A DNA stretch of 64,000 nt from Minisyncoccota bacterium (GCA_017991395.1 JAGOQQ010000001.1:33864-97863); one strand, 5' to 3'. Counted from the first letter of the stretch, positions 18,276 to 28,668 are shown. Program-made: numbers and translations. The notes: generated by a model from the letters alone, not told the origin.

Positions 18276-19655
18276 TTATTTTGACAATCCAGAACTAAAG
18301 AGAAACTTTACGACCTTTGACGTATCAGACACATCGAGTGCAAACAAAAATATTCGCGTAACCATAATTGCTGAGAACAAAGATACGAGTACGCCCATGC
18401 CAAGCATCAGTGCAAAACCTTGAATCAATGTTGTTCCAAATGAAAACAAAATGGTCGCAGTAAGAAGACTTGAAATATTTGAATCTCGAATCGATGCCCA
18501 TGCTTTGTCGAAACCTTTTTGTATAGCGTCTCGTACAAGACTGCCCTTTTTCATTTCCTCTTTTATTCGTTCAAAGATAAGAATATTTGCATCAACTGCA
18601 ATACCAATAGAAATGATAAATCCTGCAATACCTGATGCGGTAAGAGTCACCGGGATAAGCTTAATGAGCGTAAGCATGATTGCAACATACATTCCCAATG
18701 CGAGAATTCCAACAAAACCTGGCAATCTGTACCAAAGGAGTAGGAACACCGCAATCACACCAAAACCAATCATTGAGGCAGTCACACCTGCATCCACTGC
18801 ACGACCACCAAGCGATGGACCAATTGTCTGTGTAGATACGAGTTCGACAGGCACAGGAAGTGCACCAGAATTGAGACGTCCAACGAGTGTCTTTGCCTCT
18901 TGTGGAGTAAACTGGCCAGTGATGACTGCGTTTCCTCCAGTAATTTCCTGTTGAACGTTTGGAGTTGAGATTGGATATCCATCAAGATAAATCGCGATTG
19001 TTTTGCCAATATTTTCTTTTGTTAGACGTGCAAACAATTCACTACCCTCTTCGTTGAATTGAATTGACACAATAGGACTTGATGTTTGTGGATCAAATTC
19101 GAGTCGTGCACGTTTCAAATATCGTCCAGTCAATGGAGAATCAACATAGTACGGATCATCAATCACATCAGTAACAACTTCACCTTTTTGTGATTTTTCT
19201 ACTGCGTCATTATATTTTTTTACAAGCTCTTCCTTTTCCTTTCCTTCAGGTCGTTCAGTTTTAAATTCCAAGAGTGGTGTTTGTCCAATCATCTCAATTG
19301 CTTTTGATACATCAGTCACACCAGGAAGATCCACTATAAGTCGGTGATCATCTGTTGCAAGGGCGCCACCTTTTTGAATCTGTACATTTGGCTCTGATAC
19401 TCCAAACAGATTGACACGTCGCTCAACAATATCTCGAAGTGCATTCATTGAATTTTCTATTTCACCCTTTTCAACCAAAGACACATCTGCACGATATACC
19501 AAATGGGTTCCACCAGAGAGGTCCAATCCTAGTCGAAACTTCTTTGACATCAACCATGAATCAGCATTTGTAGTAATTTCTGAGGCATACACAAAATAAC
19601 CGGCGAGTGCGCCGAGGATCAATATCAACAATGCGGTGATTCTTTTTTTTAACAT
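18276..19655 (-). CDS. secD: Protein translocase subunit SecD
   Basis: LGLDLSGGTHLVY, and the C-terminal TM bundle with the GIAGFIISIGIAVDANILIFERIKEE motif. Confidence 0.85.
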   Translation of the reverse strand: MLKKRITALLILILGALAGYFVYASEITTNADSWLMSKKFRLGLDLSGGTHLVYRADVSLVEKGEIENSMNALRDIVERRVNLFGVSEPNVQIQKGGALATDDHRLIVDLPGVTDVSKAIEMIGQTPLLEFKTERPEGKEKEELVKKYNDAVEKSQKGEVVTDVIDDPYYVDSPLTGRYLKRARLEFDPQTSSPIVSIQFNEEGSELFARLTKENIGKTIAIYLDGYPISTPNVQQEITGGNAVITGQFTPQEAKTLVGRLNSGALPVPVELVSTQTIGPSLGGRAVDAGVTASMIGFGVIAVFLLLWYRLPGFVGILALGMYVAIMLTLIKLIPVTLTASGIAGFIISIGIAVDANILIFERIKEEMKKGSLVRDAIQKGFDKAWASIRDSNISSLLTATILFSFGTTLIQGFALMLGMGVLVSLFSAIMVTRIFLFALDVSDTSKVVKFLFSSGLSK

Positions 19656-19719
19656 ACGTTACCGAAAATTACCCAATAATATGGCTATTGTATGCTTAAT
19701 TTACTATCAGAGCAAGGTG

Positions 19720-20271
19720 CTAGTTCTTGACAACATGTGCTATTTTGAGTGCATGATGAATCACGTATGTGGTGAGAATTCCCAGTGCAAACCCTCCTAC
19801 AATATCGATAGGAAAATGCACACCAGAAGCAACTCGTGCGAAACCAATCACTAATGCACACACAAAATACACCACTCCCATTCGTGGATGATAAAACCAA
19901 AGTGCTGTTGCAAGCGCAGAGAAAAATGTGGCGTGCCCCGAAGGAAACGAGTCGTATCCTCCATAATAAAACAAAGGGTTTATGGTATCAAAATATAAAA
20001 ATGGTCGAGGCGCACTCACAATCCATTTTAAGAGCACCACGATTGCCCACGACAACACTACTGATCCAAACACAGTCACCAGTTCAAACAATTTTGTCTT
20101 TGCCATCATTATTGGATTCTCTTTGTGAAGATATGTGTCATTGTGAAATAACACAAAAAAACCTGCGAGTATCACAATGAGTGTCCCAAATCCAGTTGCA
20201 AGCCATATTATCAATGATTGTGAGAACACAGAGTTAAACTCAATCATTGGGAAAAAAAGTAGCGCGTCCAT
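19720..20271 (-). CDS. PAP2-family phosphatase (undecaprenyl-diphosphatase/PgpB-like)
   Basis: PAP2 motifs KWIVSAPRP, PSGHA and ARVASGVHFPIDIVGG. Confidence 0.75.
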   Translation of the reverse strand: MDALLFFPMIEFNSVFSQSLIIWLATGFGTLIVILAGFFVLFHNDTYLHKENPIMMAKTKLFELVTVFGSVVLSWAIVVLLKWIVSAPRPFLYFDTINPLFYYGGYDSFPSGHATFFSALATALWFYHPRMGVVYFVCALVIGFARVASGVHFPIDIVGGFALGILTTYVIHHALKIAHVVKN

Positions 20272-20306
20272 ATATACAGTGTAGATTGAATACTTAAAAT
20301 AGCAAA

Positions 20307-21449
20307 CTATATTCCGAGAAATTCATTTTTCATACTATCTCTATGTGTTGAGAGGCCATATTGTCGCATACCCATTAGTATTCCAAGTGCGGTAAACGTG
20401 GTGAGTAAGTGTGATCCGCCATAACTTAGAAACGGCAACGTAATTCCCGTCACAGGCATCACTCCAATATTCATACCCACATTAATAATAAAGTGACTCA
20501 TCAAATATATAGCGACTCCCATACCAAAAAGCATTTCAAAATTTGTCACACCAAGTTTGGCGGTGACAAGTATCCTCCAAATCACAATTCCATAACAAAT
20601 AAATAATAGTGTTACACCAACAAAACCCCACTCCTCTGCAAAGGCTGCAAAAATAAAGTCGGTTTCGTATTCGGGCAAAAACTGTAATCGTGACTGTGTA
20701 CCATACCCTACACCCTTCCCGAGAAATTGCCCCGAACCTACAGCAATAGTGGACTGGTATGCATTGTATCCAGTACCTCGAATATCTGCGTATGGATTGA
20801 GGAAGTTTGATATACGAGCCTTTTGATATGGTTGAAATACAAAGAGCCAGAGCGTCACAAACGCCAATGCTCCAAGGCCAAATACTACTGCAAGATGTTT
20901 TTTTGAAATTCCTGATACAAGTGTCATTCCAAGCCACACAAAGAAAATAATCATCGCTGATCCAAAGTCTGGTTGTAAGAACACAAGAATAAACGGAATA
21001 AACGCATAGAGTGCGGATACAAAAAGATGCTTCACATGAGCAATCTCAACATGTCTACGTGAAAAATATTTTGCCAAAATAAGTATCACAATAAGCTTTG
21101 CAATATCGGAAGGTTGAAACGCAAATCCGCCAAATGAAAACCAACTCTGTGCCCCTTTGACTGTGTTACCGAGAACAAAAAGTATGAGGAGGACTCCGGT
21201 GATTGCCAAAAAGAATGTCACAAGCACATCTGTTCTTCTCAAAAAACGAAAATCCATTGTCGATAAAATAAAAAAAATCGTGAAAGAAATTCCAATCCAC
21301 AAAAGTTGTTTTTCAAAATATGCACCATCACCCACAAATGATTTCATGGTGATCAACCCCGAACCAACAAGGGGTATGATTGCACTGACAAGCAACCAAT
21401 CCATACCACGTGTTGTAGTACTTTTAATTTTTTTTAGAAATAACGGCAT
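20307..21449 (-). CDS. SEDS-family peptidoglycan polymerase (RodA/FtsW)
   Basis: 10-TM protein with SEDS conserved blocks (FQPSDIAKL, QPDFGSAMI, a large extracytoplasmic loop). Confidence 0.8.
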   Translation of the reverse strand: MPLFLKKIKSTTTRGMDWLLVSAIIPLVGSGLITMKSFVGDGAYFEKQLLWIGISFTIFFILSTMDFRFLRRTDVLVTFFLAITGVLLILFVLGNTVKGAQSWFSFGGFAFQPSDIAKLIVILILAKYFSRRHVEIAHVKHLFVSALYAFIPFILVFLQPDFGSAMIIFFVWLGMTLVSGISKKHLAVVFGLGALAFVTLWLFVFQPYQKARISNFLNPYADIRGTGYNAYQSTIAVGSGQFLGKGVGYGTQSRLQFLPEYETDFIFAAFAEEWGFVGVTLLFICYGIVIWRILVTAKLGVTNFEMLFGMGVAIYLMSHFIINVGMNIGVMPVTGITLPFLSYGGSHLLTTFTALGILMGMRQYGLSTHRDSMKNEFLGI

Positions 21450-21452
21450 GTG

Positions 21453-22241
21453 TTAGTAGAGTTTTTCTCCGAGCGTAAATGGATCAATGATTGGAAGTAT
21501 TTCAAGCGTCTGAGCATTTTTTCCAAATGGGTACAACCATGAAAAATTGACTTTGACTTCGGTCTGCTTTGGCAATCCGTCGACAATTGTTCTTGAAACT
21601 CCGATTGCATTGTCGAGCTGATCATACACTACAGCAATCACGGGGAATTTCCCTACATCAATAAATGATTCGTTGCGTAGTGTTGCGTATGCTTTTGGAA
21701 CTGTCTCGAGTGAGCCGAGTCCTTTGTCGGATTCTACAACACGCGCTTCTTTATAAATAGCTGATGTTTTCCAAAAGATCGGCTGTTTGGTAAATTCAAA
21801 ACGTGTGATTTTTGGTATTCTATTTCCGCCAGTTGAAAGTGCTTCTTCAAAAATGACTGTGTGTCCGTTTGGTAAAATTGATGCCATGCCTTCCCTTTGA
21901 GTAATCACGACATTTCTCTCATCATAAAGTTTAAATTGATATGGCACGGATTTGACCGCTGCATCCACATTTTGATTTTCAATATACGCCGCAACATGAT
22001 ACACACCTGGTGCTACTTCAAACGCACGCGCCCATACGACAATGAGCTCACGCGTGTCTGACATACACATGAGCGAACAGGTTCCGCCACAATCAACTCC
22101 TGTCTCAGCTCCATTTTTTTTGCCGTCTGTACATGTGGCTGGAACAGAAATTCGAGGGTAAATAAGAGCAAACAGCACACCTAGAATTACGAGGAGTACG
22201 AGTGAAAGATATACAAATTGTCGTTTGCCTGCCCAAGTCAT
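21453..22241 (-). CDS. Hypothetical N-anchored protein adjacent to the SEDS gene
   Basis: N-terminal TM, Cys cluster (CTDGKKNGAETGVDCGGTCSLMC). Its stop abuts the SEDS gene. Confidence 0.5.
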   Translation of the reverse strand: MTWAGKRQFVYLSLVLLVILGVLFALIYPRISVPATCTDGKKNGAETGVDCGGTCSLMCMSDTRELIVVWARAFEVAPGVYHVAAYIENQNVDAAVKSVPYQFKLYDERNVVITQREGMASILPNGHTVIFEEALSTGGNRIPKITRFEFTKQPIFWKTSAIYKEARVVESDKGLGSLETVPKAYATLRNESFIDVGKFPVIAVVYDQLDNAIGVSRTIVDGLPKQTEVKVNFSWLYPFGKNAQTLEILPIIDPFTLGEKLY

Positions 22242-22243
22242 AA

Positions 22244-22285
22244 GAGTAGTTAGTAGTTAGTAGTTAGTAGTTAGTAGTTAGTAGA
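22244..22285. repeat. Heptanucleotide microsatellite (AGTTAGT/CTACTAA)x~6 immediately upstream of the 21453..22241 start codon
   Basis: agtagttagtagttagtagttagtagttagtagttagtag. In mRNA sense, (ctactaa)n ctactcttATG. Confidence 0.8.
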
Positions 22286-22478
22286 AAATACAAAATGCAT
22301 TTCCTAAATACTAGAAACTAACAACTATAAACTAATGTAAATTATAACATTAAAAAACCCTAGCACTAATAGTACTAGGGTAATCTTAAAGAAATATTTT
22401 AAATTCTTAAATACACTTCTGCTGAGAATGTTCGCGTTAAGTCTGCGTTAGTTCGCGAATACAAAAATCGAACACTTG

Positions 22479-22587
22479 GTGTTGGCGACAACCTACTTTC
22501 GCCCGAAGACTATCATCGGCTCAGTAAGGCTTAACTTCTCTGTTCGGAATGGAAAGAGGTGTTTCCCTTACGATAGATCACCAACAC
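22479..22587 (-). rRNA. rrf: 5S rRNA
   Basis: Reverse complement reads GTGTTGGTGATCTATCGTAAGGGAAACACC...CCGAACAGAGAAGTTAAGCC...GAAAGTAGGTTGTCGCCAACAC. It has the conserved CCGAAC/GAAGT and AGTAGG blocks and the helix I pairing. Confidence 0.85.
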
Positions 22588-22692
22588 TAAATGTTCGATT
22601 TTATATGTGCACACAATTCAAAAATTTTTTCAAACTCGACGAAGCGATTTCTCGCCCCGTCTTAGTGAGTTCCCGCGAACTAAGTTCGGGGT

Positions 22693-22715
22693 CACCAACA
22701 CTAAATGTTCGATTT
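22693..22715. repeat. 23-nt direct duplicate of the 5S 5'-end junction
   Basis: caccaacactaaatgttcgattt occurs at 22579-22601 (spanning the 5S 5' end) and again at 22693-22715. Confidence 0.6.
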
Positions 22716-22805
22716 AGTGATTGTTTAGTTCATCATTTAAGCACTCAAGTATAAAGGGGACTCTAAAATCCGTTCCCCATTCCACACATTTCTCCTACAC
22801 ATTCG

Positions 22806-22895
22806 TGATCTCGACGGGATTCAAACCCGCGACCTCAGAACCAGCTCCTGGCAATCTACTGGTGCTACGCTCTAATCAGACTGAGCTACGAGACC
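22806..22895 (-). tRNA. tRNA-like gene between 23S and 5S with canonical acceptor, D and T arms but no canonical anticodon arm; about 14 nt extra. Possibly intron-containing or a pseudo-tRNA
   Basis: RC reads GGTCTCG TA GCTC AGTCTGATTA GAGC ... GCGGG TTTGAAT CCCGT CGAGATC A. No 5/7/5 stem-loop can be found between the D and T arms. The only local pairing there is ACCAG/CTGGT around a 14-nt loop. Confidence 0.45.
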
Positions 22896-23575
22896 GTACT
22901 CAGGAAACGGGCGATATGGACGGTGTCCTACGACCTGATATGTTGACCTGCTCAACTCGATCTAGTCTATACCCTTTTGTATTCCATCGTTAAATGGGCC
23001 TACTTAAGTCTGAGGGATACCCCCAATAATCCGTACTCGAACAGCTTCATACTGTTGCGCAACCAGCATTAGTGCTGATTCACGGCTATAAGACACGTCA
23101 AGTATGTTGCGTATGCTTGGAAACCAAGTATACATTAACAACACGACAACACTTTTGGTTTTACTTCCATGTTTGGGTTCATTCCATTAGTGACGCTTCC
23201 TGAATGTTTTTAATTTTTGCAAAATGTACTATTTATACTTGAATGCTTAAATAGTTGTTGTCATAATAGTGATTTTCAAAGTTCCTAATAGGAATCGAAA
23301 CATTAGTACGCCTCGGCTGAGTACATTACTGTACGTACACCTAGCGCCTATCGACGTGATCATCTCTCACGCTTCTTAAACGATTCCTAATCTTGAAGGT
23401 GGCTTCCCTCTTAGATGCTTTCAGAGGTTATCCATTCCCGACATAGCTACCCTGCATTGCTTTTGGCAAAACAGCAGGTACACCAGAGGTCAGTTCACCC
23501 CGGTCCTCTCGTACTAGGGGCAAGTCTTCTCAAGAATCAACGCCTGCAGTAGATAGGAGACCAACCTGTCTCACG

Positions 23576-24038
23576 CACCTACTTGCCCCACATAGCTTTT
23601 TGAAAAAAGCGACGTGGGGCCATACTCATATATCGACGAAGAGATATGAGTATGTTTTTCTCGTATTACTACGAGGATTGGACTGTAACTTCATCTCTTT
23701 CAAGATGTTTGACATTCAGTCTCTACGGGTCACAGTCATTATAAAATGACATAGTTCCCTCGGTATTGCCCCATCCGCGATTTTCCGCGTTTAATCCGCG
23801 AACTTCTGCGTTTGTCGGGTTCCACCGATATAAGTCAACTTCTCATACACTATTTCTAATGTATGCCGCCGTGAAATGTACTTACTGTACATTCATGGTC
23901 TTGTCTCTGTAAACATAAGTATTTTTACAAATACTTCCCTCAACGGATTCAAACTGCCCAATGCGTAGAACCTTATTCGTAGAGCGCAGAGCGTCGATCA
24001 AGATGCAATTGCATTTTGAATCAAACGTTTTACGTTCC
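23576..24038 (-). other. ~463-nt insertion in 23S domain V at the GAACGU|CGUGAGACAG junction (E. coli ~2593-2596 region); candidate ORF-less group I intron
   Basis: Exon-like TTAGAACGT (ends in U) lies upstream. The insert ends ...TAGGTG (terminal G) directly before CGTGAGACAGG. There is no ORF >=60 aa on the rRNA strand inside it. Confidence 0.5.
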
Positions 24039-24734
24039 ACGTTCTAAGATCTACGACCTGAACGGTTTGAACCCAGCTCGCGTACCTTTTTAAATGGCGA
24101 ACAGCCATACCCTTGGTAGCTTCTCCACCACCAGGATAAGGTGAGCCGACATCGAGGTGCCGAACTCCGCCGTCGATATGAACTCTTAGGCGGAACTAGC
24201 CTGTTATCCCTAGAGTAGCTTCTATCCGTTAATCTTCGACCGCATCTAATGCGAATCGTCGGTTCACTAGGTTCTGCTTTCGCACCTGCTTGGGATGTAC
24301 CCCTCACAGTCAAGCCAGCTTGTGCCCTTACACTATCGGCACGGTTTCCATTCGCGCCTAGCTGACCTTAATAAACCCCTCCGTTACTCTTTAGGAGGGT
24401 ACCGCCCCAGTAAAACTACCTTCCAGAAACTGTCTCTCTCCGTTTTTGCCGTAGAGATTAGAATATGCCCATTAAAAGAGTGGTATTTCACTGACGAGTA
24501 TTACATCACCGAGATGATGCACATAACCTCTCCCACCTATGCTACGCATTTAATAAACATACTCAATATCAAGATGTAGTAAAGCTTCTAGGGTCTTTTC
24601 GTCTAACTGCAGGTAACCGGCATCTTCACCGGTATTGTATTTTCACCGAGCAGGTCCCCGAGACAGTTTCCCAGTCATTACACCATTCGTGCGCGTCGGA
24701 ACTTACCCGACAAGGTACTTCGCTCTTCTGTACC

Positions 24735-24942
24735 TAAAAGAAGGACTCTATCTTCATCCATTTCATAAAGAAATTAGGATGTATGGCGCTGGTCTCTCGA
24801 TAGCCATATTTGGACTTGCTATGCATTACTGCACAACAAGGTAGCTTTTTGTTTGGTATAACTTCATCACACTTTTGATCAATTGTTTATCTTTTTCTAT
24901 GACGGTCCCAGTCCTTCACTACACTTCAATGAAATGTAGTGA
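24735..24942 (-). other. ~208-nt insertion in the 23S between CCUAAGGU and AGCGAAGUACCUUGUCGGGUAAGUUCCGAC (E. coli ~1931 site)
   Basis: The universally contiguous CCTAAGGT|AGCGAAATTCC is interrupted. The insert contains a hairpin tcactacatttcattgaagtgtagtga. No ORF. Confidence 0.5.
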
Positions 24943-24977
<35 letters not shown>

Positions 24978-25914
24978 CAGGGCTTATATCAGCCAGCTCA
25001 TGTCTTGCGACAATCACCACCGATATTTGACCTTCTGGCATTGGTCAGGTGTCACCCCCTATACATCCTCTTACGAGTTCGCAGGGAGCTGTGTTTTTGA
25101 TAAACAGTTGCCAGGAATACTTTCGCTGCGGCCACGCACATCACGCAGAGCACGATGTGCAAGCTAAAAGTTAAAAAGTTTAAAGCTAAAAGAAGAGAAA
25201 TGCATTTTGTATTTCCTTTCAGCTTTTGACTTTAAGCTTTCAGCTTATTGCCATCACATTCTATGTGATGTGCGCGGCAAGCCTTATCCCAAAGTTACGG
25301 CTGCTTTTTTGCCGAGTTCCTTGGGGACCTCTCACTCGTTCGCCTTGGTCTACTCGACCTGACTACCTGTGTCGGTTTACGGTACGGGTTCTCACATATT
25401 AGAGCTTAGAAGCTTTTCTTGGAAGCGTGCTTTATATCATCCCCATGGGCGTACCCACAGATTTATGCTCTGCTTGCATGTGTCTTGCGACTGCTTCCGG
25501 ATTTTCCTGGAAGCCACACTCACAGCACAAACTCAAATCCATTAATGAGCGATATATACTACACTCCGTCCCTCCATCGCATACGTGAGAAGTTAAGGAA
25601 TATTAACCTTATGTCCATCGGGTGCGGTTTTCACCATTCCCTTAGGCCCGACTAACCCTTGGCTGATTATCATAGCCAAGGAAACCTTAGTCTTTCGGCG
25701 GGAGGGGATCTCACCCTCCTTGCGGTTACTTGTGCCAACATTCTTACTTCTCATCACTCCAGAGTGGGTCACCCCTTCTCCTTCACTGCGGATGAGAACA
25801 CTTGCCTACCACTGCACTTGTCCGAAGACAAATACAATCCTCAAATTCGGTATCACGTTTAGCCCCGATTATTTTCGGCGCGAAATCTCTTGATGAGTGA
25901 GCTGTTACGCTTTC

Positions 25915-25946
<32 letters not shown>

Positions 25947-26530
25947 TCATTGTCAGAGAAATATCACATCCTTGATTTGCACTTAACGTGAATTTAGGGA
26001 CCTTATTTAGAGATCTGGGCTGTTTCCCTTTTGACATATGGAGCTTAGCCCCCATTGTCTAACTGCTAAGTTATGACTCTTGGTATTCGGAGTTTGATAG
26101 ATTTCGCGAGATTGCTCCCTGTCGAGATCTTCCAGTGCTCTACCCCCAAGAGGAACACTTAACGCTAGCCCTAAAGCTATTTCGGCAAGAACCAGCTATT
26201 ACCAGGTTCGATTAGCTTTTCACTCCGACCCACGCGTCATCCGAAAGTATTGAACGGCTTATCGGTTCGGTCCTCCATCTGTCTTTCGACAAACTTCAAC
26301 CTGCACATGGGTAGCTCACCTGGCTTCGGGTCTTATGCATACTACCAATTACGCGCTATTAACACTTGGTTTCCCTGGGGCTCCGTTGCGTAGCAACTTA
26401 GCCGAGCAGCATGCATAAACTCGTTGGCTCATTCTTCAATAGGCACGCCATGACGGAACACGATAAATCGCGTCCGCTCTGACTCCTTGTAAGCATATGG
26501 TTTCAGGTCTATTTCACTGTCCTTCCGGAC

Positions 26531-26571
<41 letters not shown>

Positions 26572-27545
26572 ATTCAAAAATATTTAGCCTTGCCAGTTAG
26601 TTCTGGCAGATTCCTCCAAGCTATTCGTGTCTTAGAGTACTCAAGAGCAGTAACGAAAGAGATATAATTATTTAAGTTACAGGACTATCACCTTCTTTGG
26701 TCGTGCTTTCCAGCACCTTCACATATAATTATATTTTTTGACTCTTCTCGTAAAACGAAGTTACTGTCTTACAACCCCTCACAGTAATATCCGAAGATAT
26801 TTCGTAAGGTTTGGGCTTCTCCGGTTTCGCTCGCCGCTACTCACGGAATTCATATTTGTTTCTTTTCCTCCAGGTACTGAGATGTTTCACTTCCCTGGGT
26901 ATGCATCTACACGTCAAGCGCATAGATTATCTCGAATAACCGAGATAGAGTTTCCTCATTCAGAAATTTCCGGATCAAAGGTTGTTAGGCACCTCCCCGA
27001 AACTTATCGCAGCCACACCACGTCTTTCATCGCTTTTTGAATCCTAGGCATCCACCATATGCTCTTAATTTCCTATTAGGAAATTTAAAAACCACTAAGT
27101 ATAGATATTTCTGCATATATCTATACGACAACATCACCGTACTTCAAACCGCTTCGAAGTACAGTGAACTCTGTTTTCAATACACAAAAAGAAAAGACCC
27201 TTAACTGTGTGTATCGAAACAGGATGAACTTTTCAAACAACCAGCCTTTCTGTCGTGAACTAAAAAACCGCCTGTTGGCGGTAAAAGAAAACCCCAAAGG
27301 ATTAACCTTTACGCCAACGAAGTGATTTTTTATTACTTACCATATCGTGAGAAAGAGTATATATGAAAGCAAAACCAAAGTCAAGTGATTTTTGCCTTGC
27401 AGAACAAGGCTTTTTCCCCTATTCCATACAAGCCTTATATTGCTTAATTTTAAAGGGAAAATGAGATTTTTTTGGGTTAAATTTTTTGATTATTTTTAGG
27501 TATTTTTATAGCTTTTTCCATCTTTAGAATTTTATTTTTCTTATC

Positions 27546-27655
27546 AATCCCCCGCATCTGAAACACGCATAAAATTCTGGTGAATTTTTGCTATACTCGC
27601 GCCTTCGCGCTCCGTAATGTTTCAGATGCGGGGGATTCTGTATTCAGGAATACAA
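27546..27655. ncRNA. Structured intergenic element, copy B (see 2553-2663): perfect 18-bp outer stem, conserved core, trailing small hairpin
   Basis: Outer stem atcccccgcatctgaaac / gtttcagatgcgggggat. The core differs from copy A at only 2 positions. It is followed by tgtattc-ag-gaataca. Confidence 0.4.
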
Positions 27656-27730
27656 AAATAACACAAAGACATCTAAGAAAAAAACTCCCTTGATCGTAAT
27701 CATATCAAGAGAGTTTTCAACGGAATACTA

Positions 27731-28537
27731 TTAATTCATCGGAAATGTTGGCCCAAAGCCAATCGCAGTACCTGAGGCACCAGGAGCTTGAAAGTTTATT
27801 CCAGCAAAGCCAACATTGAATAATCCATCGGTAACAAATGTTGAGTCTGGTATATCAGCTTTAATAGTAAAAGTAATATTACCATTTGCCTTTACGAAAA
27901 TAGGATTTGGAAACACCCAAGCATGATACGATGTACCACCGCCAGGCAATTGATAGAATGAAGATGCAGGAATTGTAGAAATCAAAGTTGTACCTTTGTA
28001 GATCTTAAAATTTGTAACTTTCTGCACTGGATTGACGGGAGTACCTAGCCAAAGCCCGTTAATACATACATCTTGATTACCTGTTGCAAAAAACCGAACC
28101 TTCGCCATTTCAAAATCAGCAATAGGAGGATGGCTAACGCTGAAATAACCAGGAATCGGAGTAGATAGTGAGGTCATAGAAAATGTCCCTGAACTTAAAC
28201 CTGGAGAACATACACTTGCACTGGTTCGTAATAACGTAGCACTGTCGGGAATATTAATATTAGAAGTATTGTCGCTTGTTTGATTAAAATTAAATGAAGT
28301 TAAAATTTCAGCATCAGTTTTTTCTATTAGACTCTCTTTATTTAGAGAATCGTTTTCAGAAAGAAGAAAATTATTATCCTTTTCCGTTATTAAAGCTGCG
28401 CCCTCCTGTCTTCCTATTGAAGTGAGAGGTATCATGTTGCCGATGATTATTCCTAACACAAGACTAACAAGAACGAACACAGCACTAAAAGTATTATTCT
28501 TTTGTGGATGAACCGCGGAATTCATTATTGGTTCCAT
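27731..28537 (-). CDS. Hypothetical secreted/anchored protein
   Basis: N-terminal TM (FSAVFVLVSLVLGIIIGNMIPL). S/T/N-rich, with a Gly-rich C-terminus. Confidence 0.45.
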   Translation of the reverse strand: MEPIMNSAVHPQKNNTFSAVFVLVSLVLGIIIGNMIPLTSIGRQEGAALITEKDNNFLLSENDSLNKESLIEKTDAEILTSFNFNQTSDNTSNINIPDSATLLRTSASVCSPGLSSGTFSMTSLSTPIPGYFSVSHPPIADFEMAKVRFFATGNQDVCINGLWLGTPVNPVQKVTNFKIYKGTTLISTIPASSFYQLPGGGTSYHAWVFPNPIFVKANGNITFTIKADIPDSTFVTDGLFNVGFAGINFQAPGASGTAIGFGPTFPMN

Positions 28538-28668
28538 TTTTATTTTATTTAGTTAATAATATTATCTCATTCAAATTATACCACACACCATTAAAGCAAT
28601 AAAATATTTTTGAGGATACACAAAACCCCTCTTTCGAGGGGTTTTTGTAGATGTCTGTCGTGAATGAA

